This document shows, piece by piece, positions 53,144 to 63,589 of a stretch of DNA of 64,000 bases (its first letter is position 1; every line of letters begins with the position of its first letter). The notes beneath the pieces are model-generated. The model saw only the letters and a list, made by a program, of their open reading frames with translations. It had not been told where the DNA came from and did not search any database. The stretch is from Candidatus Acidiferrum sp. (GTDB lineage Bacteria; Chloroflexota; Dormibacteria; CF-121), in contig DATNMH010000052.1 of assembly GCA_035602395.1 (NCBI GenBank), positions 2,829-66,828 of the forward strand, written 5' to 3'. The translations under genes and the position numbers were made by a program.

Positions 53144-53566
53144 ATGCTAGAGTTTCTGAGTCCTTCAATGGCTTCTTACAAGATCGGCGACGTCGCGGAG
53201 CTCCTCGGCGTGAGTGTCGACAGCGTTCGCCGGCTGACCGATAGCGGTCGGCTGGCCACCGTGAGGACCGCCGGCGGGCAACGCGTCGTCGATGGGCGGC
53301 AACTCGCGCGCTTCATGGCGAAGACGCCGGCTGACGTCAAGCCAGAAACGACGGTGAGCCGATCGGCACGCAATCATTTTCAGGGCATTGTCACCCGCGT
53401 GGTCAAAGACCGGGTCATGGCGCAGGTCGAGCTGCAGGCCGGCCCGTATCGACTTGTCTCCCTGATTTCTCGAGAAGCCGCCGACGAGCTTGGGCTCGCG
53501 CCAGGGGTGCGCGCGGTCGCGGTGGTCAAGGCCACCAACGTGCTGATCGAGCTACCGGAGGCCTGA
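53144..53566 (+). CDS. excisionase-type HTH / TOBE (Mop) domain regulator, likely molybdate-responsive
   Basis: YKIGDVAELLGVSVDSVRRL HTH plus C-terminal ARNHFQGIVTRV...VKATNVLI. ATG 53168 is the alternative start. Confidence 0.8.
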   Translation: MLEFLSPSMASYKIGDVAELLGVSVDSVRRLTDSGRLATVRTAGGQRVVDGRQLARFMAKTPADVKPETTVSRSARNHFQGIVTRVVKDRVMAQVELQAGPYRLVSLISREAADELGLAPGVRAVAVVKATNVLIELPEA

Positions 53567-53573
53567 GGCCGCG

Positions 53574-54350
53574 ATGCGTTGGAGGGCTGCCGCCGCACTC
53601 GCCATTCCTGCTGCGCTTCTCGCCGCCTGCGGGAGTAGTGCAGGCCCGGCCACTTCACCGACAGCCACGGCACTGAGTGGCAGCATTTCGGTGTTTGCCG
53701 CAGCCTCGCTGACGGACTCCTTCAAGGCGCTCGGCACCGGCTTTCAGGCAGCCCACCCGGGGGTGACCGTGCAATTCAACTTTGCCGGCACACCGACCTT
53801 GCTGACGCAGATCGAGCAAGGTGCGCAGGCGGACATTCTGGCCTCCGCCGATACGACCAACATGGACAAGCTGAAGGGCGATGGCTTCACCGTTGGTACG
53901 CCCCAGGTTTTCGCCCACAACAAGCTCGAAATTGTGGTCGCGCCTGGTAACCCCAAAGGCATCACCGGGCTCGCCGATCTGTCCAAGCCGGGTCTGATCT
54001 ACATTTCCGAGGCGGCAACGGTGCCCGCCGGGAAGTACTCTCTCCAGGCCTTGGCAAAAGCGGGCGTCAGCGTAACGCCCAAAAGCCTGGAGACGGACGT
54101 CAAGTCCGTGGTGAGCAAGATCGAACTCGGCGAGGCCGATGCCGGCATCGTCTACACGACCGATGTCAAGGCGGCCGCCAGCAAGGCGCAGGGCGTCCCA
54201 ATTCCCGACGCGTACAACGTGATTGCCACATACCCGGTGGCCGTGGTCAAGGGCACCAAGAACGCGGACCTCGCCAGCGCCTTCATCGCCGTTGTTCTCT
54301 CATCCAGTGGCCAATCGACGTTGGAGTCCTTCGGCTTCATCCACGCCTGA
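53574..54350 (+). CDS. modA: molybdate ABC transporter substrate-binding protein
   Basis: Lipobox LLAAC. VFAAASLTDSF...GTPTLLTQIEQGAQADILASAD. Confidence 0.9.
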   Translation: MRWRAAAALAIPAALLAACGSSAGPATSPTATALSGSISVFAAASLTDSFKALGTGFQAAHPGVTVQFNFAGTPTLLTQIEQGAQADILASADTTNMDKLKGDGFTVGTPQVFAHNKLEIVVAPGNPKGITGLADLSKPGLIYISEAATVPAGKYSLQALAKAGVSVTPKSLETDVKSVVSKIELGEADAGIVYTTDVKAAASKAQGVPIPDAYNVIATYPVAVVKGTKNADLASAFIAVVLSSSGQSTLESFGFIHA

Positions 54351-54357
54351 TCGCGAC

Positions 54358-55143
54358 GTGAGGCGGCAGAGCGTCCCGATCGTCGTCATCGCCCTGGCGA
54401 CGGTGGGGGTCGCCTTCTTCGTCCTCCCGTTGCTTGGCCTGGTGTTGAGGGCGCCGTGGCGTGACGCGTTCAAGACCTTGGCCGAGCCGGACACCCTCGA
54501 GGCGCTCAAGCTCTCCCTGATCGCCTCGCTGTCCGCGACCGGCATCGCCCTCGTGCTCGGGGTGCCGATGGCCTGGATCTATGCCCGCGTCGAGTTTCCG
54601 GGTCGCGCACTGCTGCGCGCGTTGACCACCCTGCCCATGGTGCTCCCGCCAGTCGTGGGCGGCATCGCCCTGCTCCTGGCGTTCGGTCGGCGCGGGCTGT
54701 TGGGATCCTGGCTCGACACCACTTTGGGCATCCGGCTCCCATTCACGACCGCGGGCGTCATCATGGCCGAGACCTTCGTGGCCATGCCCTTTCTCATCCT
54801 CACGGTGGAGGCTGGTCTGCGTTCGATGGATCGTCGCTACGAGGAGGCGGCTCGAACCTTGGGCGCGAGCCGCTGGCGGGTGTTCGCGCAGGTCACACTG
54901 CCGCTCATCGGACCTTCGCTGGCCGCGGGAGCGGTGGTCTGCTGGGCGCGCGCCCTCGGAGAGTTTGGTGCGACGATCACCTTCGCCGGTAACTTCCCCG
55001 GCATCACCCAGACCATGCCGCTCGCCGTTTACCTTCTTCTCGAGACCAACCAGGAGGCGTCGTACATCCTGAGCCTCGTTCTCCTGGTCATTTCCTTGGG
55101 GGTGTTGATCGGGCTGCGGGACCGCTGGCTCGGCACGGCGTGA
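54358..55143 (+). CDS. modB: molybdate ABC transporter permease
   Basis: EAARTLGASRWRVFAQVTLP EAA loop. GTG 54358. Confidence 0.9.
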   Translation: MRRQSVPIVVIALATVGVAFFVLPLLGLVLRAPWRDAFKTLAEPDTLEALKLSLIASLSATGIALVLGVPMAWIYARVEFPGRALLRALTTLPMVLPPVVGGIALLLAFGRRGLLGSWLDTTLGIRLPFTTAGVIMAETFVAMPFLILTVEAGLRSMDRRYEEAARTLGASRWRVFAQVTLPLIGPSLAAGAVVCWARALGEFGATITFAGNFPGITQTMPLAVYLLLETNQEASYILSLVLLVISLGVLIGLRDRWLGTA

Positions 55144-56192
55144 GCCTCGATGCGATGGTGGGATTGTCGCTCGGAGCCCTCGACCTCGACATGGAGCTCT
55201 CGATCGCGGAGGGAGAAGTCGTCGCCCTGCTCGGCCCCAACGGAGCGGGGAAGACCACGCTGCTGCGCGCCATCGCGGGCCTCGTGACCTTCACCGCAGG
55301 GCATGTCCGCTTGGACGGGCAGGTCCTCGAGGACATGGCAACCGGCGCCTATGTCCCGACCGAGCGCCGCCCGATCGGCGTCGTGTTTCAGGACTACCTG
55401 CTGTTTCCGCACCTGAGTGTCCTGGATAACGTGGCCTTCGGCCTTCGCTCGCGTGGAACAGGACGGCGAGTGGCTCGCGAAAAAGCGATCGATTGGCTCG
55501 ACCGCCTGGGACTGCAGAGCTACGCGAGCGCGAAACCGGCCGAGCTGTCCGGCGGTCAACGCCAGCGGGTGGCGCTGGCCCGCGCGCTTGCGCCGGACCC
55601 GCGACTCCTGCTGCTCGATGAGCCACTCGCGGCGTTGGATGTGACCACGCGGGCCGAGGTTCGGCGTGACCTGAAACACCATCTGGCATCGTTCCCGGGT
55701 CTTCGCCTTGTCGTCACGCACGACCCGCTCGAGGCGGCGGCCCTCGCCGATCGATTGGTCGTGATGGAAAGGGGGCGGTTGGTGCAAACGGGCACCCCGG
55801 CGGAGGTCACGGAACGTCCGAGATCGCAGTACGTGGCCGACCTCGTGGGGGTGAACCTGTTGAAGGGACAGGCGGACCATGGGTTCGTGCGAATGCCAGG
55901 CGGCCCGGTGGTCGCGGCCACCGGCGCCGAGTCGGGCGATGTTTTCGCGGTGATTCACCCGCGCGCGGTCGCCTTGTATCGAAGCCGTCCCGAGGGCAGT
56001 CCCCGCAACGTCTGGCCGGGCCGGGCCAGCGGCATCGAGTTCATCGGCGATCGAGTCCGGGTTCGTATCGACGGCGAGGTCCGAGTGGTGGCAGAGGTGA
56101 CGCCCGCCGCCCTCAGGGAGCTAAACCTTGGTGAAGGAGGGGAGGTCTGGCTATCGTTCAAGGCGACCGATGTGGGGGTCTACCCGGTATGA
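55140..56192 (+). CDS. modC: molybdate ABC transporter ATP-binding protein with C-terminal TOBE domain
   Basis: GPNGAGKTT, LSGGQRQRVALARAL, LLLDEP. Confidence 0.9.
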   Translation: MSLDAMVGLSLGALDLDMELSIAEGEVVALLGPNGAGKTTLLRAIAGLVTFTAGHVRLDGQVLEDMATGAYVPTERRPIGVVFQDYLLFPHLSVLDNVAFGLRSRGTGRRVAREKAIDWLDRLGLQSYASAKPAELSGGQRQRVALARALAPDPRLLLLDEPLAALDVTTRAEVRRDLKHHLASFPGLRLVVTHDPLEAAALADRLVVMERGRLVQTGTPAEVTERPRSQYVADLVGVNLLKGQADHGFVRMPGGPVVAATGAESGDVFAVIHPRAVALYRSRPEGSPRNVWPGRASGIEFIGDRVRVRIDGEVRVVAEVTPAALRELNLGEGGEVWLSFKATDVGVYPV

Positions 56193-56204
56193 ACAACAGG
56201 AGGC

Positions 56205-56414
56205 GTGAAAGTGGAACTCAGCGCGCGCAATCAGCTCAAGGGTGAAGTCGTTCGCGTTAAGTCGGGCACCATCATGGCCGAGGTCGAGGTCAAGATCGAG
56301 CCAGGTAGCGTGGTGGCAGCGATCACCGATGGCTCGCTCAAGCGGCTCGGCCTCAAAGCCGGCGACCGGGTCACCGTCATCATCAAGGCCACAGAGGTGC
56401 TCATCGGGAAGTAG
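56205..56414 (+). CDS. mop: molybdopterin-binding Mop/TOBE protein
   Basis: 69 aa. SARNQLKGEVVRV...IIKATEVLI. Confidence 0.85.
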   Translation: MKVELSARNQLKGEVVRVKSGTIMAEVEVKIEPGSVVAAITDGSLKRLGLKAGDRVTVIIKATEVLIGK

Positions 56415-56426
56415 GGTCGGAGGCCG

Positions 56427-56446
56427 CCGTTGCCTTCGGCAACGGT
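56427..56446 (+). terminator. stem-loop after mop (8-bp stem, UUCG loop)
   Basis: CCGTTGCC-TTCG-GGCAACGG. No U-tract. Confidence 0.35.
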
Positions 56447-56540
56447 GACATGCTCTAATACACGGGTGACCCGCGCCGTGGTCCATGCTTTCGTCACTGA
56501 TGGGCGCGATCGCTCAGCCATGTCTTTACCAACCTAGCCT

Positions 56541-59500
56541 GTGCATTTGAAGTCGCTGCGGCTGCAAGGGTTCAAGACCTTTGCTCGCCGTACGGAGTTG
56601 CCGTTCAGCCGGGGCATCACCGCCATCGTCGGCCCCAACGGCAGCGGCAAGTCCAATTTGGTCGATGCCATCCGCTGGGCACTCGGCGAGCGCAACGCGC
56701 GCGGGCTGCGGGGCCAGAAGATGGAGGATGTCATCTACTCGGGCGGTCCCGGTAAGTCGGCGGTCGGCATGGCGGAGTGCACGCTCACGATCGACAATGC
56801 CGACCAGCGACTCAATGTCGAGTTCAACGAGATCGAAGTCGCGCGTCGCCTCTTCCGCTCGGGGGAGAGCGAGTACCTGATCAACGGTTCGCGCGCGCGG
56901 TTGAAAGACATCGATGCGCTGCTGGCCAGCACCGGCTTGCGCCAGGACGGCTACGCCGTGACGGCGCAGAACGATATCGACTTCGTCATCCAGGCGGCCC
57001 CGGCGTTACGCCGCGAGCTCATCGAAGAAGCGGCCGGCGTCCGGCGCCTCCGCGACCAGCGGCAGGAAGCGATCAACCGCCTGGTGGAGGCGGATCGCGA
57101 CATGCGTCGCGCGCGCGACATTCTCAATGAGCTGAGTCCCCGCGCCGAGGAGTTGCGCGTGCAGGCCGCGTCCGCCGAGGAGTACAGGAAAGTCGCCGAT
57201 GCGCTCAAGGTGTTGCAGGGCAGCCTCGCGCGCGATGCCTGGCGCAAGGCGATGGTTCAGCTGCGCAAAGCGCTGGCGCGTCAGCAAACGGCGGAGCACA
57301 AACGGGCCGCGGCCAACGCCGCCGTTGCTGAGTTCGAACCGCTTTACGCCGAGCATCGCTCGGCCCTTCTCACGGCACGCGAGGCGCGCTGGCGTCACCA
57401 GGAGACGGTGGCGGAGGTGCGACTGCGCCTGGCCGAGAGCGAGCACCAGGCGCGGATCGCCCAGGAACGCAACCTCGCCGCGGTTCAGGCGCTGGAAGCG
57501 CTGCAGCGAGAGCTCGAACGCCTGGGCGCCTCTGAGCAGGCCGGCACCCGCGTCGTGGATGAGCTCGCTCGTGCGGTCCATGGCGCAACCGTCGAGCTCG
57601 AAGCGGCAACGATCGCCCTCCAAGCAGCGGTTAATGCCGAGGCGGTCGCGCGCGAAACGCAGGCAGGGCTCGAGGCGGACCGGATTGCGCGCCTAAAGCG
57701 GCGCCACGAGGCGCAGCGTGAGACGGCATCGCTTGACGCCGAGTTGCGCCAACTGGAAGGACGGCGGCAATTTTTAAGTGAGCAACAGCAGCAGGCGCGG
57801 GCGCAACTCGAGGCGTGGTCGGTCCGACACGCCACCTTGACCGAAGAGTTCGATCGCCGTAGCCGGACGGCCGAGGCCGCCGGGCAAGATTTGTTCGAGG
57901 TCAGCCAGGCGACCGCGAGCATCGAGCAACGCCAGGCGGAAACCGAGGCAGCGGTCGAGGCGGCGCGCAAGACGGTCGTCGAGCGGGATGCGGCGCTGCG
58001 TTCAATCCAGGCCGAGCTTGGCGCCCTTCGAACATTGCTGGACGGTGCGCAGCGCCGCTGGCCGATCCGAAGTGACGCAAACTGGGAACGACTTCTCGAG
58101 TTGATCGACGTGGAACCGGTGCACCGGGTTGCCGTCGAGGCAGCGCTGGAGGGCTGGCTGCACGGCTGGGTGGCGCGCGACCGACGCAGCTTCGAGAGCG
58201 CCGCCGCGGCACTAGCTGCCGCCGAGGAGGCGCGAGACACGCTGCTCTACCCACCGGAAAGCGAGGCGCCGGCTCCGGTGCCGGACGGACTACATGCTGT
58301 GATCGACCTGGTGCGGGCGCCTGATCAAGCCCACCGGCTGCTGGCCCATCTGCTTCGCGGCGTGGTCCTGGTGGCCGACCGTTCGGAGGGCGCTCGTGTC
58401 GTGGACCGCCATCCCGAGCTGCGGGCGGTGACGCCCAGCGGCGAGATCCTCACGGCGGTGTCGTATCGGGGCGGGCAGGCTGCGGATGCCCTGCTCGAGG
58501 TACAGGCCCGGATTCGCGATGCCGAGCAGGCGCTGGATGGTGAGCGCCGAGCTGCGCTGGGGGCCGCCGAGGAACTGGAAGGCCTAGCCGCGGTTCGATC
58601 CGCACTGACGGCCGAGCGACAAGCGATTACGGCGCGGGTCGATGCTGCACGCACGGCGGCGGCGCAGGCCGCCGGCGCGCTGGCCGCCGCGACCGAGGCG
58701 CGTCAGCGCGAGAGCCAGCAGGAGGCGCAACTGCGCCAGCAACTGATTCGGATCGGCGGACTGCTGCAGCAGGCCGAGGAGACCCAGGTCGATACGCTGA
58801 GTCGCCAGCGTGTCCAGGGCGAAGCCGAGGCCACGGCGGATCAGGAGATGGCCGCGCTCGAGAAGCAGATCATCGACGTCGCCCAAGGCCTTCGCGAGCT
58901 GACGGCACGGCGGCAGGAGACCGAACTGCGGACGGCGCTCGCCCGACAGCGGTCCGATGACATGGTTCGCCAGCTCGAGCGGGCGCAACAAAGCCTTCGA
59001 ACCCACGGCGACGAGCTCGCCCAACGTCGCGCTGCCGAGGAGGAGCTGGCGGTCCAGCCAGCCCTGATCAACGAGGAACGCCAGCGGTGGCTCGAGACTT
59101 CGAAGTCGCTGCGCGCCGAGCTCGAGACCCTCGAGTCGACGCAGCTGCCGGATGTCGACACGCTCGCTGGCCTGGAGGCGCAGCTCCGCGAGGACGAACA
59201 ACGCAACGTAACGCTGCAAGTCGAGGTCGCCCATGCCGATGACGCCTGGGCGGCATCGGCCGCCGACCGCGAGGCGGCGCAAGTCGAGGTCGACCGGTGC
59301 GCGCTCGCCCTCCGCGAAGGTGGCCAGGAAATCGAGGACGACACCGAGGCGATCGAGGACGTCGACTGGCAGAAGACCGAACGTGAGGTCTCGCGCCTGC
59401 AGCGACGCCTCGATGCCATGGGCGCGGTCAACCTGCTCGCGCCCGAGGAGTATGCGCAAGTGCGCGACCGCTGCGACAGCCTGACCGCGCAGTTGGGCGA

Positions 59501-60053
59501 CCTCGAGGCCGCCACCGCGCAGCTCAACGAGCTGCGGCGGCGTCTGGAGGGGGAGATCGACAGCCGATTCCGTACCGTCTTCCAATCCGTGGCGGTGAAT
59601 TTCCAGGAGTTCTTTGCTGAGCTGTTCGAGGGCGGTCGTGCGACCCTGCGACTCGAGGGGGAGCCGGAGGGTAATCCGTTAGACGAGGGCGTGGAAATCC
59701 TCGCCCAGACGCCTGGCAAGCGCCTGCAACCGCTCACCCTGTTATCCGGTGGCGAGCGGGCACTGACGGCGCTGGCCTTCCTGTTTGCCCTGCAGGCCGT
59801 CAACCCGAGCCCCTTCTACGTGCTGGACGAGGTCGACGCGGCGCTCGACGACGCCAATGTCATCCGTTTCAATCGGGTGTTGAAACGCCTCGCCATCGAC
59901 CAGCAGTTCCTCATCGTCACCCACAACCACTCGACGATGGCGCAGGCGGAGGTGCTCTACGGCGTCACGCTGGCCGAGCATGGGATCTCGCGCATCGTTT
60001 CCGTCCGCTTGCATCAGGACGCCCTGATCCCGGTAGGTGAACGCTCCGCCTGA
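56541..60053 (+). CDS. smc: chromosome segregation protein SMC
   Basis: 1170 aa. Walker [10 protein letters not shown], long coiled coils, hinge, [10 protein letters not shown] signature and Walker [12 protein letters not shown]. Confidence 0.95.
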   Translation: MHLKSLRLQGFKTFARRTELPFSRGITAIVGPNGSGKSNLVDAIRWALGERNARGLRGQKMEDVIYSGGPGKSAVGMAECTLTIDNADQRLNVEFNEIEVARRLFRSGESEYLINGSRARLKDIDALLASTGLRQDGYAVTAQNDIDFVIQAAPALRRELIEEAAGVRRLRDQRQEAINRLVEADRDMRRARDILNELSPRAEELRVQAASAEEYRKVADALKVLQGSLARDAWRKAMVQLRKALARQQTAEHKRAAANAAVAEFEPLYAEHRSALLTAREARWRHQETVAEVRLRLAESEHQARIAQERNLAAVQALEALQRELERLGASEQAGTRVVDELARAVHGATVELEAATIALQAAVNAEAVARETQAGLEADRIARLKRRHEAQRETASLDAELRQLEGRRQFLSEQQQQARAQLEAWSVRHATLTEEFDRRSRTAEAAGQDLFEVSQATASIEQRQAETEAAVEAARKTVVERDAALRSIQAELGALRTLLDGAQRRWPIRSDANWERLLELIDVEPVHRVAVEAALEGWLHGWVARDRRSFESAAAALAAAEEARDTLLYPPESEAPAPVPDGLHAVIDLVRAPDQAHRLLAHLLRGVVLVADRSEGARVVDRHPELRAVTPSGEILTAVSYRGGQAADALLEVQARIRDAEQALDGERRAALGAAEELEGLAAVRSALTAERQAITARVDAARTAAAQAAGALAAATEARQRESQQEAQLRQQLIRIGGLLQQAEETQVDTLSRQRVQGEAEATADQEMAALEKQIIDVAQGLRELTARRQETELRTALARQRSDDMVRQLERAQQSLRTHGDELAQRRAAEEELAVQPALINEERQRWLETSKSLRAELETLESTQLPDVDTLAGLEAQLREDEQRNVTLQVEVAHADDAWAASAADREAAQVEVDRCALALREGGQEIEDDTEAIEDVDWQKTEREVSRLQRRLDAMGAVNLLAPEEYAQVRDRCDSLTAQLGDLEAATAQLNELRRRLEGEIDSRFRTVFQSVAVNFQEFFAELFEGGRATLRLEGEPEGNPLDEGVEILAQTPGKRLQPLTLLSGGERALTALAFLFALQAVNPSPFYVLDEVDAALDDANVIRFNRVLKRLAIDQQFLIVTHNHSTMAQAEVLYGVTLAEHGISRIVSVRLHQDALIPVGERSA

Positions 60054-61002
60054 TCCGGATGACAGGGCGCCGGCCGAGCGCCAGGGATTCTGGAAACGGT
60101 TTTCGAAGAGCCTCGACGCCGGTCGCCAGGCCTACGTCGCCGACCTCAAGGAGGTCTTCGGGCGTCCGGCCCTCGACGCCGCCTTCTGGGACGACCTCGA
60201 AGCGACGTTGATCGCGGCCGACGTCGGCGTGCCCACCACGGAGCGGGTGGTCGGGGATCTGCGGCGGCAGGCAGCCGGCGCCCACTTGCGCTCGCCCGCG
60301 GATGCGCTCCGCTTCCTGAAGGACGACCTGGCGACCCAGATGGGCGGACGCTCACGTGAGCTCAACCTCGATGGCGCGCCGGCGGTCGTGCTGGTCGTCG
60401 GCGTCAATGGATCCGGCAAGACGACGACGATCGGAAAACTGGCACATCTGCTGCGCCAGGAAGGGCGTCGCCCGTTACTGGCCGCCGCCGACACCTATCG
60501 AGCGGCTGCGATCGAGCAGTTGCGGCTGTGGGGACAGCGGGCGCAGGTCGATGTCATCGCGCATCAACCGGGATCTGACCCCGGAGCCGTCGCCTTTGAT
60601 GCCGTGGAGGCGGCGCGTGCGCGCGGCATGAGTCCCGTGATCATCGATACGGCCGGCCGCCTCCACACCCGTACCGACTTGATGGAGGAACTGCGGAAGG
60701 TCCGCCGCGTGATGCAGCGGCTCGATCCGCACTCACCGCAGGAGGTGCTCGCCGTGCTCGACGCGCACGTCGGGCAGAATTCGGCGCAGCAGGTGAAGGT
60801 GTTCCAGGAGGCGATCGGTCTGACCGGGCTCGCGGTGACAAAAATGGACGGCAGCGCCCGGGCGGGCGTTGTGCTTAGTATCGAAGCAGAGCTCTCGGTG
60901 CCGGTCAAGCTCGTCGGCATTGGCGAGGGCCTTGATGACCTCAATCGATTCGATCCCGGACAATACCTTGATGCGCTGTTGCGGATGGAGGAGGGGACAT
61001 GA
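60037..61002 (+). CDS. ftsY: signal recognition particle receptor FtsY
   Basis: GVNGSGKTTT, DTAGR, TKMDG. Confidence 0.93.
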   Translation: MNAPPDPDDRAPAERQGFWKRFSKSLDAGRQAYVADLKEVFGRPALDAAFWDDLEATLIAADVGVPTTERVVGDLRRQAAGAHLRSPADALRFLKDDLATQMGGRSRELNLDGAPAVVLVVGVNGSGKTTTIGKLAHLLRQEGRRPLLAAADTYRAAAIEQLRLWGQRAQVDVIAHQPGSDPGAVAFDAVEAARARGMSPVIIDTAGRLHTRTDLMEELRKVRRVMQRLDPHSPQEVLAVLDAHVGQNSAQQVKVFQEAIGLTGLAVTKMDGSARAGVVLSIEAELSVPVKLVGIGEGLDDLNRFDPGQYLDALLRMEEGT

Positions 61003-61262
61003 GCCCATCTGATAAATCGGAGACCTTCGTCCAACTCGTGACTGCTACCAGCCTGGTTGAGGCGGATCTCTGGAAGGCGGTCCTCGAGGCGTCCGGGATT
61101 CCGGTCTACTTCCGGCAGGAAGCGATCGGCGCCGTCTTGGGAAATACCGTGGGGGAGCTGGCCGCCGTCGACCTCTGGGTCCCGCGCGACCAGGCGGCGG
61201 AGGCGCTCCGGATTCTGCAGGATCAACGGGTCGAGCCCGCCGACGAGGACGAACCGGTCTGA
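60999..61262 (+). CDS. DUF2007-like small protein
   Basis: 87 aa. VEADLWKAVLEASGIPVY. ATGA overlap with ftsY. Confidence 0.7.
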   Translation: MSPSDKSETFVQLVTATSLVEADLWKAVLEASGIPVYFRQEAIGAVLGNTVGELAAVDLWVPRDQAAEALRILQDQRVEPADEDEPV

Positions 61263-61388
61263 CGTTCCTGATTCTCGCGGTCGTCGTTGGCGCCATCGGG
61301 CTGCTGGCCCTCGGTGCCGCAGTGGTCGGGATTCTCTGGTTGCTGCAGTTCGTCCTGCGGAACGAAGAGAGGCGAAGCTAGCTCGTAT

Positions 61389-61414
61389 ACTGTCAAGGCT
61401 AAATGCTTGACAGT
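61389..61414 (+). promoter_or_regulatory. perfect 9-bp inverted repeat enclosing the ylxM start codon
   Basis: ACTGTCAAG-gctaaATG-CTTGACAGT. ATG 61403-61405 lies in the loop. TATACT lies at 61385-61390. Confidence 0.3.
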
Positions 61415-61645
61415 GCCCGGCGTCGCCACCGCCAGTTGCGCCTGCTCGATCTTTATGGCTCGTTGCTGACCGAGCACCAGCGTCGCATTCTCCATCTCGC
61501 CTGGGAGCTCGATTGGTCCTATGGCGAGATCGCCAAGCGTGAGCGGGTGTCGCGGACGGCCGTCTACGACGTAGTGCGGCGGACGACCGTGAACCTCGAC
61601 GACTACGAGCGCAAGCTCGGGTTGGAGCGGACGCAGCGTGTTTGA
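61403..61645 (+). CDS. ylxM: YlxM/UPF0122 putative DNA-binding protein
   Basis: LLDLYGSLLTEHQRRILHLAWELDWSYGEIAKRERVSRTAVYD. Located upstream of ffh, as in Firmicutes. Confidence 0.8.
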   Translation: MLDSARRRHRQLRLLDLYGSLLTEHQRRILHLAWELDWSYGEIAKRERVSRTAVYDVVRRTTVNLDDYERKLGLERTQRV

Positions 61646-62975
61646 GTCCCTGACCGAGCGCCTCGACCAGGCGCTCAAGAAGCTGACCGGGCGGGGCAAG
61701 CTGAGCGAGGCCGACGTCGACGCCGGCCTCCGCGAGGTCCGGCTCGCCCTGCTCGAAGCCGACGTCAACTACAAGGTGGTCAAGGACTTCGTCGCGAGCA
61801 TTCGGACGCGGGCGGTGGGTGCCGAGGTGATGGATAGCCTGAACCCGGGCCAGCAGATCGTGAAGATCGTCGACGAGGAGATGGTCCACCTGCTGGGCGA
61901 CCGCACGCCGATGACGTATGCGCCGTCGCCGCCCACGGTCATCGTGCTCGCCGGTCTGCAGGGATCGGGCAAGACCACCACAGCCGGCAAGCTCGCCCTG
62001 TTCGTCCGTCGCGAAGGCCACCGGCCGCTGCTGGTCTCGACCGACGTCCGCCGACCCGCGGCGATGGAGCAGCTGGAGGTCCTGGCCAAGAGCATCAACG
62101 CGCCGGCTTATGCTCCACGCGGGACAGATCCGGTGAAGATCGCTCGCGATTCGATCGCCGAGGCGCGCCGGGTGAATGCTGATGTCGTCATCGTCGATAC
62201 CGCGGGTCGGCTGCAGGTCGACGAGGATCTACTCGTCGAGCTGAAGTCCATCACCGGCGCCGTCCCGTCGCAGCACCGGGTGCTGGTGCTCGATGCCATG
62301 ACCGGGCAGCAGGCGGTCAACGTCACGAGCGCCTTCCAGCAGACGATCGCGCTAACGGGCGCCATCCTGACCAAGATGGATGGCGACGCGCGTGGCGGCG
62401 CGGCCCTCTCGTTGCGTGCCGTCACCCAAACGCCGATTCAATTCGTTGGCATCGGTGAGAAGCTGACCGACTTCGAGATCTTCCACCCCGATCGGATGGC
62501 GTCGCGCATTCTTGGCATGGGTGACGTCCTGACGCTGATCGAGAAAGCCCAGGACCAGGTCGATGCGTCGCAGGCGCAGGCGATGGAAAAGAAGCTCCGC
62601 GCCGGGCGGCTGACACTGACCGACTTCATGGAACAGCTGAAGCAGGTCAAGAAGATGGGCCCGCTGGAGGGGATCATCGGCATGTTGCCGGGGGCGGGAA
62701 AGATCAAAAACCTCGCCGGCGCCTTACCGGATGACGACCAGCTGAAGCAGATGGAGGCGATCATCCTGTCGATGACGCCGATGGAGCGCGAGCGACCCGA
62801 GACGATCGACGGCAGCCGCCGTCGCCGCATCGCGCGCGGCGCGGGCACCGATATCGCAGCCGTGAACCGGCTGATCAAGGGCTTTCAGCAGATGCAGCAG
62901 ATGATGAAACAGATGGGGAAGGGAAGAGGCATCAAGGGATTACCCTTCGATCCCGCTCAACTTTTGAAAGGTTAG
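61638..62975 (+). CDS. ffh: signal recognition particle protein Ffh
   Basis: GLQGSGKTTT, DTAGR, TKMDGDARGG, and a Met-rich M domain. Confidence 0.95.
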   Translation: MFESLTERLDQALKKLTGRGKLSEADVDAGLREVRLALLEADVNYKVVKDFVASIRTRAVGAEVMDSLNPGQQIVKIVDEEMVHLLGDRTPMTYAPSPPTVIVLAGLQGSGKTTTAGKLALFVRREGHRPLLVSTDVRRPAAMEQLEVLAKSINAPAYAPRGTDPVKIARDSIAEARRVNADVVIVDTAGRLQVDEDLLVELKSITGAVPSQHRVLVLDAMTGQQAVNVTSAFQQTIALTGAILTKMDGDARGGAALSLRAVTQTPIQFVGIGEKLTDFEIFHPDRMASRILGMGDVLTLIEKAQDQVDASQAQAMEKKLRAGRLTLTDFMEQLKQVKKMGPLEGIIGMLPGAGKIKNLAGALPDDDQLKQMEAIILSMTPMERERPETIDGSRRRRIARGAGTDIAAVNRLIKGFQQMQQMMKQMGKGRGIKGLPFDPAQLLKG

Positions 62976-62984
62976 GAGGTCAAT

Positions 62985-63350
62985 TTGTCGGTAAAGATTC
63001 GACTGCGGCGCATCGGGGCAAAGAAGCACCCGTTCTATCGCCTGGTGGTGGCGGACAGCCGCTCGCCGCGCGATGGCAAGTTCATCGAGATTCTCGGCAC
63101 CTACGATCCGATGACGGAGCCGGTGAAGCTCAACCTGGACCTGGACAAGATCAAGGTCTGGCTGCAGAAGGGCGCGCGGCCCTCGGATACCGCCCGCGCC
63201 TTCCTGATCGATCAGGGGCTCCTGCCCAAGGAGTCGGCCAGGAAGCGACCCACCAAGCCGCCGAAGCCCGCGGCGGCGCCTGCAGCGACGGCGCCGGCCG
63301 CGCCGAGCGCGCCGGAGCCTGCGGTGGCGGCGGCCTCTGAGGAGGCCTGA
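62985..63350 (+). CDS. rpsP: 30S ribosomal protein S16 with Ala/Pro-rich C-terminal extension
   Basis: SVKIRLRRIGAKKHPFYRLVVADSRSPRDG. TTG start with AGGAGG upstream. Confidence 0.93.
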   Translation: MSVKIRLRRIGAKKHPFYRLVVADSRSPRDGKFIEILGTYDPMTEPVKLNLDLDKIKVWLQKGARPSDTARAFLIDQGLLPKESARKRPTKPPKPAAAPAATAPAAPSAPEPAVAAASEEA

Positions 63351-63352
63351 GC

Positions 63353-63589
63353 ATGCACGACTACACGGACCTGGTCGGCTACATCATCAAGGCGATGGTC
63401 TCCAAGCCCGATGACGTGCGGGTGGCGATGGTCGAAGGGGAGCGCACCAACCGGGTCGAGGTGACGCTGGCGAACGAGGATGTCGGCAAGGTCATCGGGC
63501 GGGGCGGACGAAACATCGACGCCATTCGTGCGGTGGTCCGTGCTGCCGCACTGAAGAACCACGATCGGGTGATGGTCGAGATCGTTTGA
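63353..63589 (+). CDS. KH-domain RNA-binding protein (YlqC/UPF0109)
   Basis: VGKVIGRGGRNIDAIR GXXG loop. Confidence 0.85.
   Translation: MHDYTDLVGYIIKAMVSKPDDVRVAMVEGERTNRVEVTLANEDVGKVIGRGGRNIDAIRAVVRAAALKNHDRVMVEIV

Noticed and set aside
61263-61380. Hydrophobic reading frame FLILAVVVGAIGLLALGAAVVGILWLLQFVLRNEERRS after the DUF2007 gene
   Set aside because: It looks like a TM helix, but the frame has no ATG/GTG/TTG before the helix and no SD. The only internal GTG would give a 19-aa fragment. Given the ATH-start observations it may deserve another look, but I cannot support it.
61263-61640. SRP RNA (4.5S) or other housekeeping ncRNA near ftsY/ffh
   Set aside because: I found no match to the conserved domain IV motif (GGAAG...CAGCC type) in the intergenic stretches around ffh or elsewhere in the window.
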